From positions 3,881,757-3,901,756 of the forward strand of contig NC_057720.1 in NCBI RefSeq assembly GCF_004010195.1: a stretch of 20,000 nt of DNA, given 5' to 3'. Below, in pieces: positions 8,668-18,470 of the stretch. This stretch comes from Chiloscyllium plagiosum. Taxonomy: Eukaryota. Below the pieces are notes generated by a model. The model ran no database searches, had not been told where the DNA came from, and was given only the letters and a program-made list of their open reading frames with translations. Both the position numbers and the translations under genes were made by a program. Positions within the stretch are counted from its first letter, which is position 1. Every line of letters begins with the position of its first letter.

Positions 8668-9464
8668 NNNNNNNNNNNNNNNNNNNNNNNNNNNNNNNNN
8701 NNNNNNNNNNNNNNNNNNNNNNNNNNNNNNNNNNNNNNNNNNNNNNNNNNNNNNNNNNNNNNNNNNNNNNNNNNNNNNNNNNNNNNNNNNNNNNNNNNNN
8801 NNNNNNNNNNNNNNNNNNNNNNNNNNNNNNNNNNNNNNNNNNNNNNNNNNNNNNNNNNNNNNNNNNNNNNNNNNNNNNNNNNNNNNNNNNNNNNNNNNNN
8901 NNNNNNNNNNNNNNNNNNNNNNNNNNNNNNNNNNNNNNNNNNNNNNNNNNNNNNNNNNNNNNNNNNNNNNNNNNNNNNNNNNNNNNNNNNNNNNNNNNNN
9001 NNNNNNNNNNNNNNNNNNNNNNNNNNNNNNNNNNNNNNNNNNNNNNNNNNNNNNNNNNNNNNNNNNNNNNNNNNNNNNNNNNNNNNNNNNNNNNNNNNNN
9101 NNNNNNNNNNNNNNNNNNNNNNNNNNNNNNNNNNNNNNNNNNNNNNNNNNNNNNNNNNNNNNNNNNNNNNNNNNNNNNNNNNNNNNNNNNNNNNNNNNNN
9201 NNNNNNNNNNNNNNNNNNNNNNNNNNNNNNNNNNNNNNNNNNNNNNNNNNNNNNNNNNNNNNNNNNNNNNNNNNNNNNNNNNNNNNNNNNNNNNNNNNNN
9301 NNNNNNNNNNNNNNNNNNNNNNNNNNNNNNNNNNNNNNNNNNNNNNNNNNNNNNNNNNNNNNNNNNNNNNNNNNNNNNNNNNNNNNNNNNNNNNNNNNNN
9401 NNNNNNNNNNNNNNNNNNNNNNNNNNNNNNNNNNNNNNNNNNNNNNNNNNNNNNNNNNNNNNNN
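8668..9464. other. Assembly gap (N run)
   Basis: Run of Ns inside a CR1 element. Confidence 0.99.
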
Positions 9465-10749
9465 GCAAGACCTACCCCTCACAAATCCGTGCTGGCTGTC
9501 CCTAATCAAGCAGTGTCTTTCCAGATACTCATAAATCCTATCCCTTAGTACTCTTTCCATTACTTTGCCTACCACTGAAGTAAGACTAACCACTCCTGTT
9601 GACAGTGAAGACGAAAAGATCATTGCCAACGGTTCTGCAATTTCCTCTCTTGCTTCCCACATAATCCTATGATATATCCCGTCAGGCCTGGGGGACTTGT
9701 CTATCCTCAAGTTTTTCAAAATGCCCAACACATCTTCCTTCCTAACAAGTATCTCCTCTAGCTTACCAGTCCGTTTCATACTCTCCTCTTCAACAATACG
9801 GTCCCTCTCATTTGTAAATACTGAAGAAAAGTACTCATTCAAGACCTCTCCTATCTCTTCCGACTCAATACAGTCTCCCACTACTGTCCTTGATCGGACC
9901 TACCCTCGTTCCCGCCATTCTCATGTTTCTCACATACGCATAAAATGCCTTGGGGTTATCCTTGTTCCTACCCGCCAAAGATTTTTCATGCCCTCTCTTA
10001 GCTCTAATCCCTTTCTTCAGCTCCCTCCTGGCTATCCTGTATCCCTCCAATGCTCTGCCTGAACCTTGTTGCCTCAACCATTCAACTTCCCTCAACAACC
10101 AAGGTTCCCTCACACGACCATCTCTTTCCTGCCTGACAGGTACCTACATATCAAGGGCACGTCGTATCTGTTCCTTGAAAAAGTTCCACATTTCAACGAC
10201 ATCCTTCCCTGACAGCCTATGCTCCCAACTTATGCTCCTCAGATCATGTCTTGCAGCATCATATTTACCCTTCCCCCAATTGTAAAACCTACCCTGTTGC
10301 ACGCACCTATCTCTCTCCATAACCAAGGTGAAAGTCACAGACTTATGGTCACCGTCACCAAAATGCTCACCCACTAACAAGCCCATCAGTTGTCCCGGTT
10401 CGTTACCAAGTACCAAATCCAATATGGCCTCCCCTCTGGTCGGACAATCTACATACTGAGTTAGAAAAGCTTCCTGGACACACTGCACAAACACCGCCCC
10501 ATCCAATCTACTTGATCTAAAGAGCTTCCAATCAATATTTGGGAAGTTGAAGTCGCCCATGACTACTACCCTGTGGCTTCTGCACCTTTCCAAAATCTGT
10601 TTCCCAATCTGTTTCTCCACATCTCTGCTGCTATTGGGGGGCCTATAGTAAACACCCAACAAGGTGACCGCACCTTTCCTATTTCTGACTTCAGCCCATA
10701 CTACCTCCAGAGGCAGATCCCCCTCAAACGTCCTTTCTGCAGCCGTTAT

Positions 10750-10975
10750 NNNNNNNNNNNNNNNNNNNNNNNNNNNNNNNNNNNNNNNNNNNNNNNNNNN
10801 NNNNNNNNNNNNNNNNNNNNNNNNNNNNNNNNNNNNNNNNNNNNNNNNNNNNNNNNNNNNNNNNNNNNNNNNNNNNNNNNNNNNNNNNNNNNNNNNNNNN
10901 NNNNNNNNNNNNNNNNNNNNNNNNNNNNNNNNNNNNNNNNNNNNNNNNNNNNNNNNNNNNNNNNNNNNNNNNNNN
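10750..10975. other. Assembly gap (N run)
   Basis: Run of Ns inside a CR1 element. Confidence 0.99.
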
Positions 10976-11659
10976 CCCCCGAAGAGTGCTAGCAAACCTA
11001 CCTCCCAGGTTATTGGTGCCCTTCTAGTTCAGGTGCAACCCGTCCTGCTTGTACAGGTCCCACCTTCCCCAGAATGCAGTCCAATTGTCCAAATACCTGA
11101 AGCCCTCCCTCCTACACCATCCTTGCAGCCACGTGTTCAACTGCACACACTCCCTATTCCTTGCCTCACTGTCACGTGGCACCGGCAACAACCCAGAGAT
11201 GACGACTCTGTCCGTCCTAGCTTTTAGCTTCCAGCCTAACTCCGAGCTCCTGAATGACCTCCCCACACCTCTTCCTACCTATGTCGTTGGTGCCAATGTG
11301 CACCACGACTTCTGGCTGCACACCCTCCCCCTTAAGGATTCTGAAGACACGGTAGATGCTAGTTTTTTGATTTATACATAAAGAATCCCAAATCCTGTGC
11401 TGTAGCTTCCTGCAGTCTTTCTCCATTTAAATAATATTCAGCTCCTCTACCTATCCTTCTAAAATGCACAACATATTTTCCTGCATTGTATTCCTCCTGC
11501 CAAGATTTTGCCTATTCATTTCATGTGCCTACATCCCTCTACAGACTTTGTCATCGCCACCACTTGCCTTCCCATTTATTTTCATATCATCCTCAAACTT
11601 GGCTACAGTGCATTTACTTTTGTCATATGAATCATTAATTTAGTTTGTAATTGAAATGG

Positions 11660-11970
11660 TTAGATTCCCTACAGTGTGGAAACAGACCCTTCGGCCCAAC
11701 AAGTTCACGCCGACCCTCCGAAGAGTAATCCACCCAGACCCATTTCCCCCTGACTAATCCACCTAACTCTATGGGCAATTTAGCATGGCCAATTTACCTG
11801 ACCTGCACTTCTTTGGATTGTGGGAGTAAACCGGAGCACCTGGAGAAAACCGACACAGACACAGGGAGAATGTGCAAACTCCACACAGGCAGTTGCCCGA
11901 AGCTGGAATCGAACCCAGGTTCCTGGTGCTGTGAGGCAGCAGTGCTGACCACTGAGCCACCGCGCTGCCC
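11660..11970 (-). mobile_element. V-SINE (HE1-like), near full length, antisense
   Basis: Reverse complement starts GGGCAGCGCGGTGGCTCAGTGGTCAGCACTGCTGCCTCACAG with B-box GGTTCGATTCC. V-domain core and CR1-like tail present. Confidence 0.9.
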
Positions 11971-12049
11971 CTTAAATATTGTGGCCCCAGCACTGATTCC
12001 TGTGGCACTCTGCTAGCTACAGGTTACCAACCTCGCCATTATCTCAACA

Positions 12050-12402
12050 AAATTGAGGGGCATGGATAGGATAAATAGACAAAGTCTTTTCCCTGGAGTG
12101 GGAGTCCAGAACTAAAGGGTATAGGTTTAGGGTGAGGGAAAGATATAAAAGAGACCTAAGGGAAAACGTTTTCAAGCAGAGGGTGGTATGTGTATGGAAT
12201 GAGCTGCCAGAGGAAGTGGTGGAGGCTGGTACAATTGCAACATTTAAAAGGCATCTAGATGGGTATATGAATAGGAAGGGTTTGGAGGGATATGGGCCAG
12301 GTGCTGGCAGGTGAGACTAGATTGGTTTGGGATATCTGATCGGCATGGACAGGATGGACCGAAGGGTCTGTTTCCGTGCTGTACATCTCTATGACTCTAT
12401 GA
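12050..12402 (+). mobile_element. CR1 (HER1-like) 3' fragment, same subfamily as 6657-7123
   Basis: ERYKRDLRENVFKQRVVCVWNELPEEVVEAGTIATFKRHLDGYMNRKGLEGYG. Ends ctctatgactctatga. Confidence 0.9.
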
Positions 12403-12540
12403 CATCCTTTATAATAGGCTCATTTTCTCAACAACAGACATTAAGCTACCTGGCTTATAGTTACCTGTCCTTTGGCTCCTTCACTTTTTGAATAAGAGTG
12501 TTTCATCGGCAGTTTTGTAATCCTCTAGAACTTCTAGAAT

Positions 12541-13216
12541 TTTATGGTCGAGTAATATGGACAATTGCACCACAAGGTTTATTGTTGGAAATTTCTGGAT
12601 TGGAAGTTTTTTTTAGTTCAAGGGAAGCAGAGTGGTGAGAGAGACTTGTTTCAGTTTTTTAAACATTGTTTTGGGCAGTTCTGTGAACCTATGCAGCGAT
12701 GTATTTATAATGCAGATTCCCTGAGAAGGGGAGAATATCATAAACTAGAATATTGTAGAATAAAGCATTAGAGATATCCCAACACTCCCAGTCCTGAAAG
12801 GACTTAAACATTTTTAATAACTGCAGGAATAAACTATATCAGAGGCTAGGAGTTGGTCACAGTTACCACAAACCTATCAAGACATTTAGGGAAAGGGATT
12901 CTGGTGTGAGTACTCTACTGGGAATATAGTCTTATTAAACTTGTGAAGGAATATTTTGGGATTGGTGGGATGATACTATTGCTTTATATTTAAAACACAC
13001 TGAATTTGCATTCATAAAATGAATAAGCTAATCAATTTTTCTATCATTTTCTTTGATAAATTTAGTTTTATTGTGAAAACAAAATCTGCAACAACGCTTG
13101 CTTCTGTCCCAATGGAAGACCACTGTTAAACTGAAGCAAAATGCAATCTATTGTGCCAGATTTCCATCTGGGATCTGATGTGTCCAGTAAGAACAATAGC
13201 TTGGACCATGATGACA
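12541..13216. mobile_element. Probable solo LTR, second segment (ends ...CATGATGACA)
   Basis: AT-rich non-coding block ending ctgggatctgatgtgtccagtaagaacaatagcttggaccatgatgaca, giving TG...CA termini with 7401. No clean target-site duplication seen. Confidence 0.42.
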
Positions 13217-13445
13217 GGAAGCCAAAAGTAAACAGTGCAGTGGGTTGTGTGGCTGAAGGAGATTCCAGAGAAGGCTGGGTTTGAGAGTCTTATGAAATTT
13301 GACATAGGGATGATAGGGGAATGGGCATTGGAGTGACTTGCGATGCTGACAGTTGAGTTTTGGATAATCTGAAACTTTGTGGATGGTTCAAGTGGGAGAG
13401 CAGCCAGGAATATGTTAGAACAGTCATGTCTCAAGGTAAGGAGCG
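13217..13445 (-). mobile_element. L2-clade LINE remnant (part 2)
   Basis: Minus frame LRHDCSNIFLAALPLEPSTKFQIIQNSTVSIA..HSPIIPM resembles L2 RT C-terminal SRLDYxNxLLAGLP..LQLIQNxAAR..HITP. Confidence 0.65.
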
Positions 13446-13449
13446 AGTC

Positions 13450-13717
13450 GCTTGGGATGGAATGTTCCAGACTGGGTAAGGAAGGCAGGTTTCTTTCCCT
13501 GAAGCATGTTATTTGGGTTTTCACCAAAATACTTGTAAATGAAGTATTTGTAAATCTGGTGGATAAATCATTGGTACTTGGACAGTCCTGCCAATCTAAT
13601 CTGTACTTTTAAGGTCACTTTTACGGAAAAACTGTTGAAATCAAACTGCCGTGGTGGGTTTTGAACTTGTTGCCTGGTTTATTAGTCTAGTAATTCAGTA
13701 AGGTGACCACAATACTA
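13450..13717 (-). mobile_element. Degenerate tRNA-derived SINE of a second family
   Basis: Reverse complement head ...actagactaataaaccagg...GTTCAAAACCCaccacggcag. Tail cagggaaagaaacctgccttccttacccagtctgg is echoed at about 15540-15600(+). Confidence 0.55.
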
Positions 13718-14000
13718 GTCTAGGCGGAAGTGGGCACTAGTCTACCCCATTCATGTACAGAATGGGAAGATTGTATTTGGCCAATAGATTGTGACAGCGC
13801 TGTGATGCATCTCAAACCTCGATCTCCCAAATCCCTCTGCTCTTCAAAAACAACTACTTTCACTGGCCACAAAAATACTGGCTGTGTTTTGTTTCAGCCA
13901 GAATATAACGCCTGGCACTTGATGAGATTCCGATTCTGACTGGGGCATTGTAGAATCACGGAACTATAAAGGATGGGAAAGAGTAACCCTATTACTCTGT

Positions 14001-14033
14001 AGGGAGGGGGGGGGGGGGGGAAGGGAAGAGGGT
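14001..14033 (+). repeat. Poly-G / purine-rich tract
   Basis: AGGGAG(G)nAAGGGAAGAGGG; has G-quadruplex potential on the sense strand. Confidence 0.7.
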
Positions 14034-14151
14034 GAGGAGAGAAACAAAACTAAATAAACAAAAGATGGGGGGGATGGGGCAAACTCTATGTTCCAATCTC
14101 TCCTAAATTAACCATTTTGCCACCAAACGTGCTCATTGTAAGATGCACACC

Positions 14152-14170
14152 TGTCCACTAGATGGAGTGT
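14152..14170 (+). promoter_or_regulatory. Candidate CTCF binding site
   Basis: TGTCCACTAGATGGAGTGT resembles the CTCF core CCASYAGRKGGCRS, in apparently non-repeat DNA. Confidence 0.4.
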
Positions 14171-14291
14171 CAGACCTGCTATCTATCAACAGTTGTTGGT
14201 ATAAAATGTCTTTGAATCGATGGCTGGCATTTAGCTGTGATTTGCTTTGGTAATTTTAAAATTTAAATTTGCATTTCTCTCTTTTTCCAAG

Positions 14292-14404
14292 TACAAAGGA
14301 ACACTCACTACATGATGGTCTTTGATGCCCTTATTGTTGTGATTTGTTTGAGCTCGTTAATTCTCTGCACTCGATCTGTTATCAATGGGATAAAGCTGCA
14401 GAAT
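14292..14404 (+). CDS. MCOLN3: MCOLN3 coding exon E, 113 nt (S2 transmembrane helix)
   Basis: Long pyrimidine tract plus ccaAG acceptor, GTACGT donor. (I)QRNTHYMMVFDALIVVICLSSLILCTRSVINGIKLQN; the NTHYMM motif is TRPML3-like. Phase 1 to 0. Confidence 0.94.
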
Positions 14405-14498
14405 GTACGTATGGGACTGAATAAGGAGAGTTTTGTTTTCTTGTAATTCCTTTGGAAAACGTGCTCCTCAGTAACTATGGCTGCTCTTTACCCTTCAG

Positions 14499-14648
14499 GA
14501 GTTTGTTGACTTCTTCTTGCTCCACTACAATAAAAACGTGGCGTGGTCTGATCGCATGGAGTTTGTTAATGGCTGGTACATCCTGATCATCATTAGTGAT
14601 TTGCTGACCATCATTGGATCTGTCCTAAAAATGGAAATTGAGGCGAAG
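14499..14648 (+). CDS. MCOLN3: MCOLN3 coding exon F, 150 nt (S2-S3 linker and S3)
   Basis: cccttcAG acceptor, GTAAGG donor. EFVDFFLLHYNKNVAWSDRMEFVNGWYILIIISDLLTIIGSVLKMEIEAK contains the mucolipin EFVNGWY..I.SD.LTI.G motif. Phase 0 to 0. Confidence 0.95.
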
Positions 14649-15257
14649 GTAAGGGACAAGGATCCAGCCTGATGTTTGAATCTGAGAAACGACTTTGGGT
14701 CGTATTGTCCCTTGAGCCTGCTTTACCAATCAATATAGTCCTTGATGCTGATCAGACCTACTTTCCACTTTCCTGCCTATTGTGCATGGGCTGCAGACCC
14801 TGGAGCAGCTTTGTGGTAATGTCATAGAGCTGCGCATCATTGAGTATAAATAACACAATGTGGGTGGAGTTGGCTTTGTTTTAAGAGCACATGGCTGTGA
14901 ACATCTGGAAATAGATCAGTCCTTGCCAAATGTAATTAAAAATCTCAGCCTGGTACGCAAATGATGAATATCGTAGTATTTAGCTTTAATGCTCATTAAA
15001 TAACAATTCCTGATTTTTTTTGTCTCTTCCTCCACAATTCTGTCTTTGGACTCGATCAGTGTGACATCAAACTCCACAATCAGACCACCCACTTCCTATA
15101 ATTCCTTTGGAGATTGAAGACTATCCTGTTTCCTGACAGAGAGAACAATGGGATGCAGACAATCGCAGACATTCACTGCCCCTTTGGATGCAGAAATTTT
15201 AACCTTCCTCTGGTCCTAAATGATCAGCCACGTATCCAGCCAGGCTTCTCTATTAAG

Positions 15258-15510
15258 ACTAGAACATGTCGGAGCAGAAGTAGACCATTCGGCCCATTGA
15301 GTCTGCCCTGCCCTTTCAATGAGATCGTTGTTGACCTGATAATCCTCAACTCCACTTTCCTGCCTTTTTCCCCCATAACCCTTCATTCTCTTCCTGATGA
15401 AACATCTGTCCTTCAGCCTTGAACATATTTAATCTCCCAGCCTCAACAGCCCTCTGTGCTAAAGAATTCCACAAATTCAGCAGTCTCAGGACAAATTCCT
15501 CCTCATCTCT
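15258..15510 (-). mobile_element. CR1 3' tail fragment
   Basis: agaacatgtcggagcagaagtagaccattcggcccattgag...ctgataatcctcaactccac...aattcctcctcatctc. Confidence 0.75.
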
Positions 15511-15604
15511 TTGATTGACAACTGCTTATTCACTCTGACCCTTTAAGGAATCTAATCTGCTGTCCTGACCTGGTCTGGCCCATAGCAATGGAGTTGACTT
15601 TCTT

Positions 15605-18470
15605 GAGGGGTACATCGGGTTCCAAGAGATCGATTGTGTGAGGGGACTCTCCAGTCTGAGGCACAGGACAGACGTTTCTGTGGCCGGTAGCGAAAAATCA
15701 GAATGGTGTGTTGTCTCCCTGGTGCCAGGATCTAGGATGTCTCAGAAACTGTGCAGAATGCTCAAGGGGGAGAGGGATCAGCAAGAAGTCATTGTCCACT
15801 TTGGAACCAATGACACAGGAAGGGGAAAGGTTGAGATTCTGAAGGGAGAATATAGAGAGTTAGGCAGGAATTTAAAAAGATCCTTGAGAGTAGTAGTATC
15901 TGGATTACTCCCGGTGCTGCGAGCGAGTGAGGGTAGGAATAGGAGGATAGAGCAGATGAATGCATGGCTGAGGAGCTGGTGTATGGGAGAAGGAATCACA
16001 TTTTTGGATCATTGGAAGCTGTTTTGGGGTAGAAGTGACCTGTACAAGAAGGACGGATTGTACCTGAATTGGAAGGGGACTAATATACTGACAGGGAGAT
16101 TTGCTAGAACTGCTTGGGAGGATTTAAACTAGTAAGGTGGGGGGGGGTGGGACACAGGAAGATAGTGAGGAAAGAAATCGATCTGAGACTGGTACAGTTG
16201 AGAAAAGAAACAAGTCAAACAGTCAGGGCAAGCAGGGACAAAGCAGAGAACTAGGTAGGACTGATAAATTAAACTGCATTTATTNNNNNNNTGTTCCAGG
16301 ATACAAATGCTACAGGAAGGATAGAAAGGGAGGCAAGAGAGGAGGGGGAGTGGCATTTTTGATAAGGGACAGCATTACAGCTGTACTGAGGGAGGATATT
16401 CCTGGAAATACATCCAGGAAAGTTATTTGGGTGGAACTGAGAAATAAGAAAGGGATGATCACCTTATTGGGATTGTATTATAGACCTCCCAATAGTCAGA
16501 GAGAAATTGAGAAACAAACTTGGAAGGAGATCTCCGTTATCTGTAAGAATAATAGGGTGGTTATGGTAGGGGATTTTAACTTTTCAAACATAGACTGGGA
16601 CTGCCGTAGTGTTAAGGGTTTAGATGGAGAGGAATTTGTGTGTACAAGACAATTTTCAGTCTGTGGATGTACCTACCAGAGAAGGTACAAAACTTGATCC
16701 ACTCTTGGGGAAATTAGGCAGGGCAGGTGACTGAGGTGTCAGTGGGGGAGCACTTTGTGGCCAATGACCATAAATCTATTGGATTTAAAATTAGTGATGG
16801 AAAAGGATAGACCAGATCTAGAAGTTGAAGTTCTAAATTGGAGAAGGGCCAATTTTGCCGGTATTAGGCAAGAGCTTTCAAAAGCTGATTGGGAGCAGAT
16901 GTTTGCAGGTAAAGGGACGGCTGGAAAATGGGAAGCCTTCAGAAATGAGATAACAAGAATCCAGAGAAAGTATATTCCTGTTTGGGTGAAAGGGAAGGCT
17001 GGTAGGTGTAGGGAATGCTGGATGACTAAAGAAATTGAGGGTTTGATGAAGAAAAAGAAGGAAGCATATGTCAGCTATAGAGAAGATAGATTGAATGAGT
17101 CCTTACAGTATAAAGGCAATAGGAGTATACTTGAGAGAAATCAGGAAAGCAAAAAGGGGACATGAGATAGCTTTGACAAATAGTTAAAGAAAATCCAAAG
17201 GGTTTTTACAAATACTTTAAGGACAGATGGGTAACTAGGGAGAGAATAGGGCCCCTCAAAGATCAGTAAGGTGGCCTTTGTGTGGAGCCGCAGGAGATGG
17301 GGAGATACTAATTGAGAATTTTGCATCAGTGTTTACTGTGGAAAAGGATATGGAAGATATAGACTGTAGGGAAATAGATGGTGACACCTTGAAAAATGTC
17401 CATATTACAGAGGAGGAAGTGCTGGATATCTTGAAATGGTTAAAGGTGACTAAATCCCCAGGACCTGATCAGGTGTACCCAGAACTCTGGGAAGCTAGGG
17501 AAGTGATTGCTGGGCCTCTGACTGAGATATTTGTATCATAGATAGTCACAGGTGAGGTGCTGGAAGACTGGAGGTTGGCTAACATGGTGCCACTGTTTAA
17601 GAAGGGCGGTAAGGACAAGCCAGGGAACTATAGACCAGTGAGCCTGATGTCGGTGGTGGGCAAGTTGTTGGAGGGAAGCCTAAGGGACAGGATGTACATG
17701 TATTTGGAAAGGCAAGGACTGATTAGAGATAGTCAACATGGCTTTGTGCATGGGAAATCGTGTCTCACAAACTTGATTGAGTTTTTTGAAGAAGTAACAA
17801 AGAGGATTGATGAGGGCAGAGCAGTAGATGGGATCTATATGGACTTCAGCAAGGTGTTTGACAGGGTTCCCCATGGGAGACTGGTTAGCAAGGTTAGATC
17901 TCATGGAATACAGGGATTTGGATACAGAACTGGCTCAAAGGTAGAAGATAGAGCGTGGTGGTGGAGGGTTGTTTTTCAGACAGGAGGCCTGTGACCAGTG
18001 GAGTGCCACAAGGATCGGTGCTGGGTCCATTACTTTTCGCCATTTACATAAATGCTTTGGATGTGAGCATAAGAGGTATAAGTAAGTTTGCAGATTACAC
18101 CAAAATTGGAGGTGTAGTGGACAGCAATGAAGGTTATGTCAGAGTATAACAGGATCTTGATCAGATGGGGCAATGGGCTGAGAAGTGTCAGATGGAGTTT
18201 AATTTAGATAAATGTGAGGTGCTGCATTTTGGGAAAGCAAATCTTAGCAGGATTTCACACTTAATGGTAAGGTCCGAGGGAGTGTTACTGATTCATGACA
18301 CATTGGAGTGCAGGTTTGTAGCTCCTTGAAAGTGGAGTTGCAGATAGATAGGATAGTGAAGAAGGCATTTGGTATGCTTTCCTTTATTGATCAGAGTATT
18401 GAGTACAGGAGTTGGGAGGTCATATTGCGGCTGTACAGAACATTGGTTAGGCCACTGTTGGAATATTGCA
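15605..18470 (+). mobile_element. Decayed CR1 LINE, sense orientation: ORF1 esterase remnant plus frameshifted ORF2 (APE and RT)
   Basis: ORF1 VIVHFGTNDTG..VVSGLLPV..DLYKKDGLYLN (15638-16132). [79 protein letters not shown]. Multiple stops and frameshifts. Confidence 0.93.
16285..16291. other. Small assembly gap (7 N)
   Basis: Ns at the start of the CR1 APE domain; the gap probably hides more than 7 nt. Confidence 0.95.

Larger units (their letters stand above)
8363..11350 (-). mobile_element. Younger CR1 LINE, 5'-truncated: ORF1 SGNH esterase plus ORF2 APE endonuclease/RT, with internal deletions and two N gaps
   Basis: Tail acatagaacatagaac. RT frame DKSPRPDGIY...IRDSQHGFVRGRSC. APE frame GVYYRPPN..VVMGDFNFPNIDW..PTRGEAILDLVL..DGDH. 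ORF1 frames VVVHIGTNDIG and VVISGLLPV..DLYKQDGLHLN. Confidence 0.92.

Noticed and set aside
8600..9505. Long ORFs of 269-408 aa across 8600-9881 and 10144-11227
   Set aside because: Their length comes from N runs translated as X; the real parts are CR1 fragments.
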